Of a stretch of 64,000 nucleotides of DNA, positions 63,471 to 64,000 are shown one piece after another. Below the pieces are notes generated by a model. That model did not search any database. It saw only the letters and a program-made list of their open reading frames with translations, and was not told the DNA's origin. Made by a program: the position numbers and the translations under genes. Source of the stretch: Desulfobacterales bacterium (GTDB taxonomy: Bacteria > Desulfobacterota > Desulfobacteria > Desulfobacterales > SpSt-501); NCBI GenBank assembly GCA_037481615.1, contig JBBFLI010000007.1. One strand, given 5' to 3'. Within the stretch, counting starts at the first letter, position 1, and each line of letters begins with the position of its first letter.

Positions 63471-63499
63471 ATTTTAGAAAACCGGGCGGGTTCTGTCAA
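63471..63499 (-). promoter_or_regulatory. Near-consensus sigma70-type promoter of the exeA-gspB operon
   Basis: Minus strand: TTGACA (63499-63494), 17-nt spacer, TAAAAT (63476-63471), about 33 nt upstream of the GTG start. Confidence 0.55.
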
Positions 63500-63538
63500 A
63501 CCCGGAAACCGGGGGCAAACAGGCCGCGCGGCGGGATC

Positions 63539-64000
63539 TCAGGGTTCGCCGTCGCGGGCGAGGCCTGTCCCCGCGAGGCGCTCGAGTTCCTCTTCGCGCT
63601 TTGCGGGGGGGAGTGCGGCCAGGCGGCGGCAGGCCGCGTAAAAGACTTCGAGATCGCCTCCGGCCTCCGCGAGCAGCCGGCGGAAGGCGGGGACGCGGTC
63701 GTGGTAGGCGGCGAGCGGAACGAGCGCCGCGTTGTTCGCCCCCGCCGCGGCGAAGGCCGCGCGGGGCCTCGTGAAGGCGGGGTCCCGTTCCTCTTCCTTT
63801 TCGAGGTCGCCCACGAGGGCGGCGAATACGGCGGTCTTGGCCGCGCGTTTCTGCGCGTCGGGAAGGGGGGCGTCGTAGATCGCCCGGAGCTCCGCGCGGC
63901 GGGCGGCGACGAGGGCGAGCAGGCGTTCGTTCACCGCGCGGCGCCTCTCCCAGGCGGCGAGCGCCTCGGGGCGGCCCTTCGCCGTCGCCCAGCGCCGCAC
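63539..64000 (-). CDS. Hypothetical protein, C-terminal part (possibly PF10023-type putative aminopeptidase); 5' end outside window
   Basis: The frame is open to the window edge. The tail ...GANNAALVPLAAYHDRVPAFRRLL...FYAACRRLA resembles that family from memory only. Confidence 0.45.
   Translation of the reverse strand: MRRWATAKGRPEALAAWERRRAVNERLLALVAARRAELRAIYDAPLPDAQKRAAKTAVFAALVGDLEKEEERDPAFTRPRAAFAAAGANNAALVPLAAYHDRVPAFRRLLAEAGGDLEVFYAACRRLAALPPAKREEELERLAGTGLARDGEP

Noticed and set aside
1-64000. Mobile elements, CRISPR arrays, tRNA/rRNA genes, defence systems, prophage remnants
   Set aside because: I found no transposase, integrase, reverse transcriptase or Cas-like ORFs in any frame. 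I saw no regularly spaced direct repeats. No intergenic region is long or structured enough for tRNA or rRNA; the longest are ~150-290 nt promoter regions. Repeat detection by eye is limited, so a computational repeat scan would be needed for certainty.

Overview
A 64-kb, very GC-rich stretch (about 70% by eye) of what looks like chromosomal DNA from an anaerobic Deltaproteobacteria-like organism; the taxon is inferred from gene content only. I support about 53 protein-coding genes. I found no rRNA, tRNA, CRISPR array, transposase, integrase or phage gene. Because stop codons are rare, many long ORFs in the six-frame track are antisense or off-frame shadows, and several true genes start well inside their track ORF. 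I re-set those starts using ATG/GTG/TTG plus Shine-Dalgarno context.

Layout:
- 1-7.5 kb: Liv-type ABC uptake system embedded between two acyl-CoA ligases.
- 7.5-19.6 kb: short/branched-chain acyl-CoA node. It holds an acyl-CoA dehydrogenase, hbd, thiolase and a fused IcmF mutase coupled to a TetR gene, with a divergent methylglutaconyl-CoA-hydratase-like gene and an HMG-CoA-lyase-like gene.
- 20-27 kb: two tandem phosphofructokinases, an HDOD protein, a B12-type radical SAM enzyme and fhs.
- 27-33.6 kb: heterodimeric ABC exporter, RNase II-family enzyme, YbaK.
- 33.6-37.5 kb: TetR, PurM-like fusion, TIM-barrel isomerase, GDPD.
- 37.5-49.7 kb: envelope-lipid block. It holds a UMF1 MFS transporter, a SagB-type flavoprotein, a 1450-aa PlsA/PlsR-type (BCR/HAD family) protein, a tandem CDP-alcohol phosphatidyltransferase, murJ, fabH, a radical SAM enzyme and a 73-aa triple CCHC peptide.
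- 49.8-60 kb: AsmA/YhdP-like giant protein, IscU plus an IscS-like protein lacking the PLP lysine, two methyltransferases, and a GT2 + YdjC deacetylase + PIG-V-type GT-C trio.
- 60-64 kb: thioesterase, DUF4410 lipoprotein, GspB/ExeA pair.

Most interesting candidates:
1. The PlsA/PlsR-like + SagB-like + MFS operon, a possible anaerobic ether-lipid module.
2. The Cys/His tri-repeat micro-protein, then an attenuator hairpin, then a radical SAM (Cx4Cx2C), then fabH.
3. The lysine-less IscS homologue.
4. The Lgm/Arn-like lipid-linked aminosugar trio with a PIG-V-type transferase.

All functional calls come from reading motifs by eye. No database search was run.
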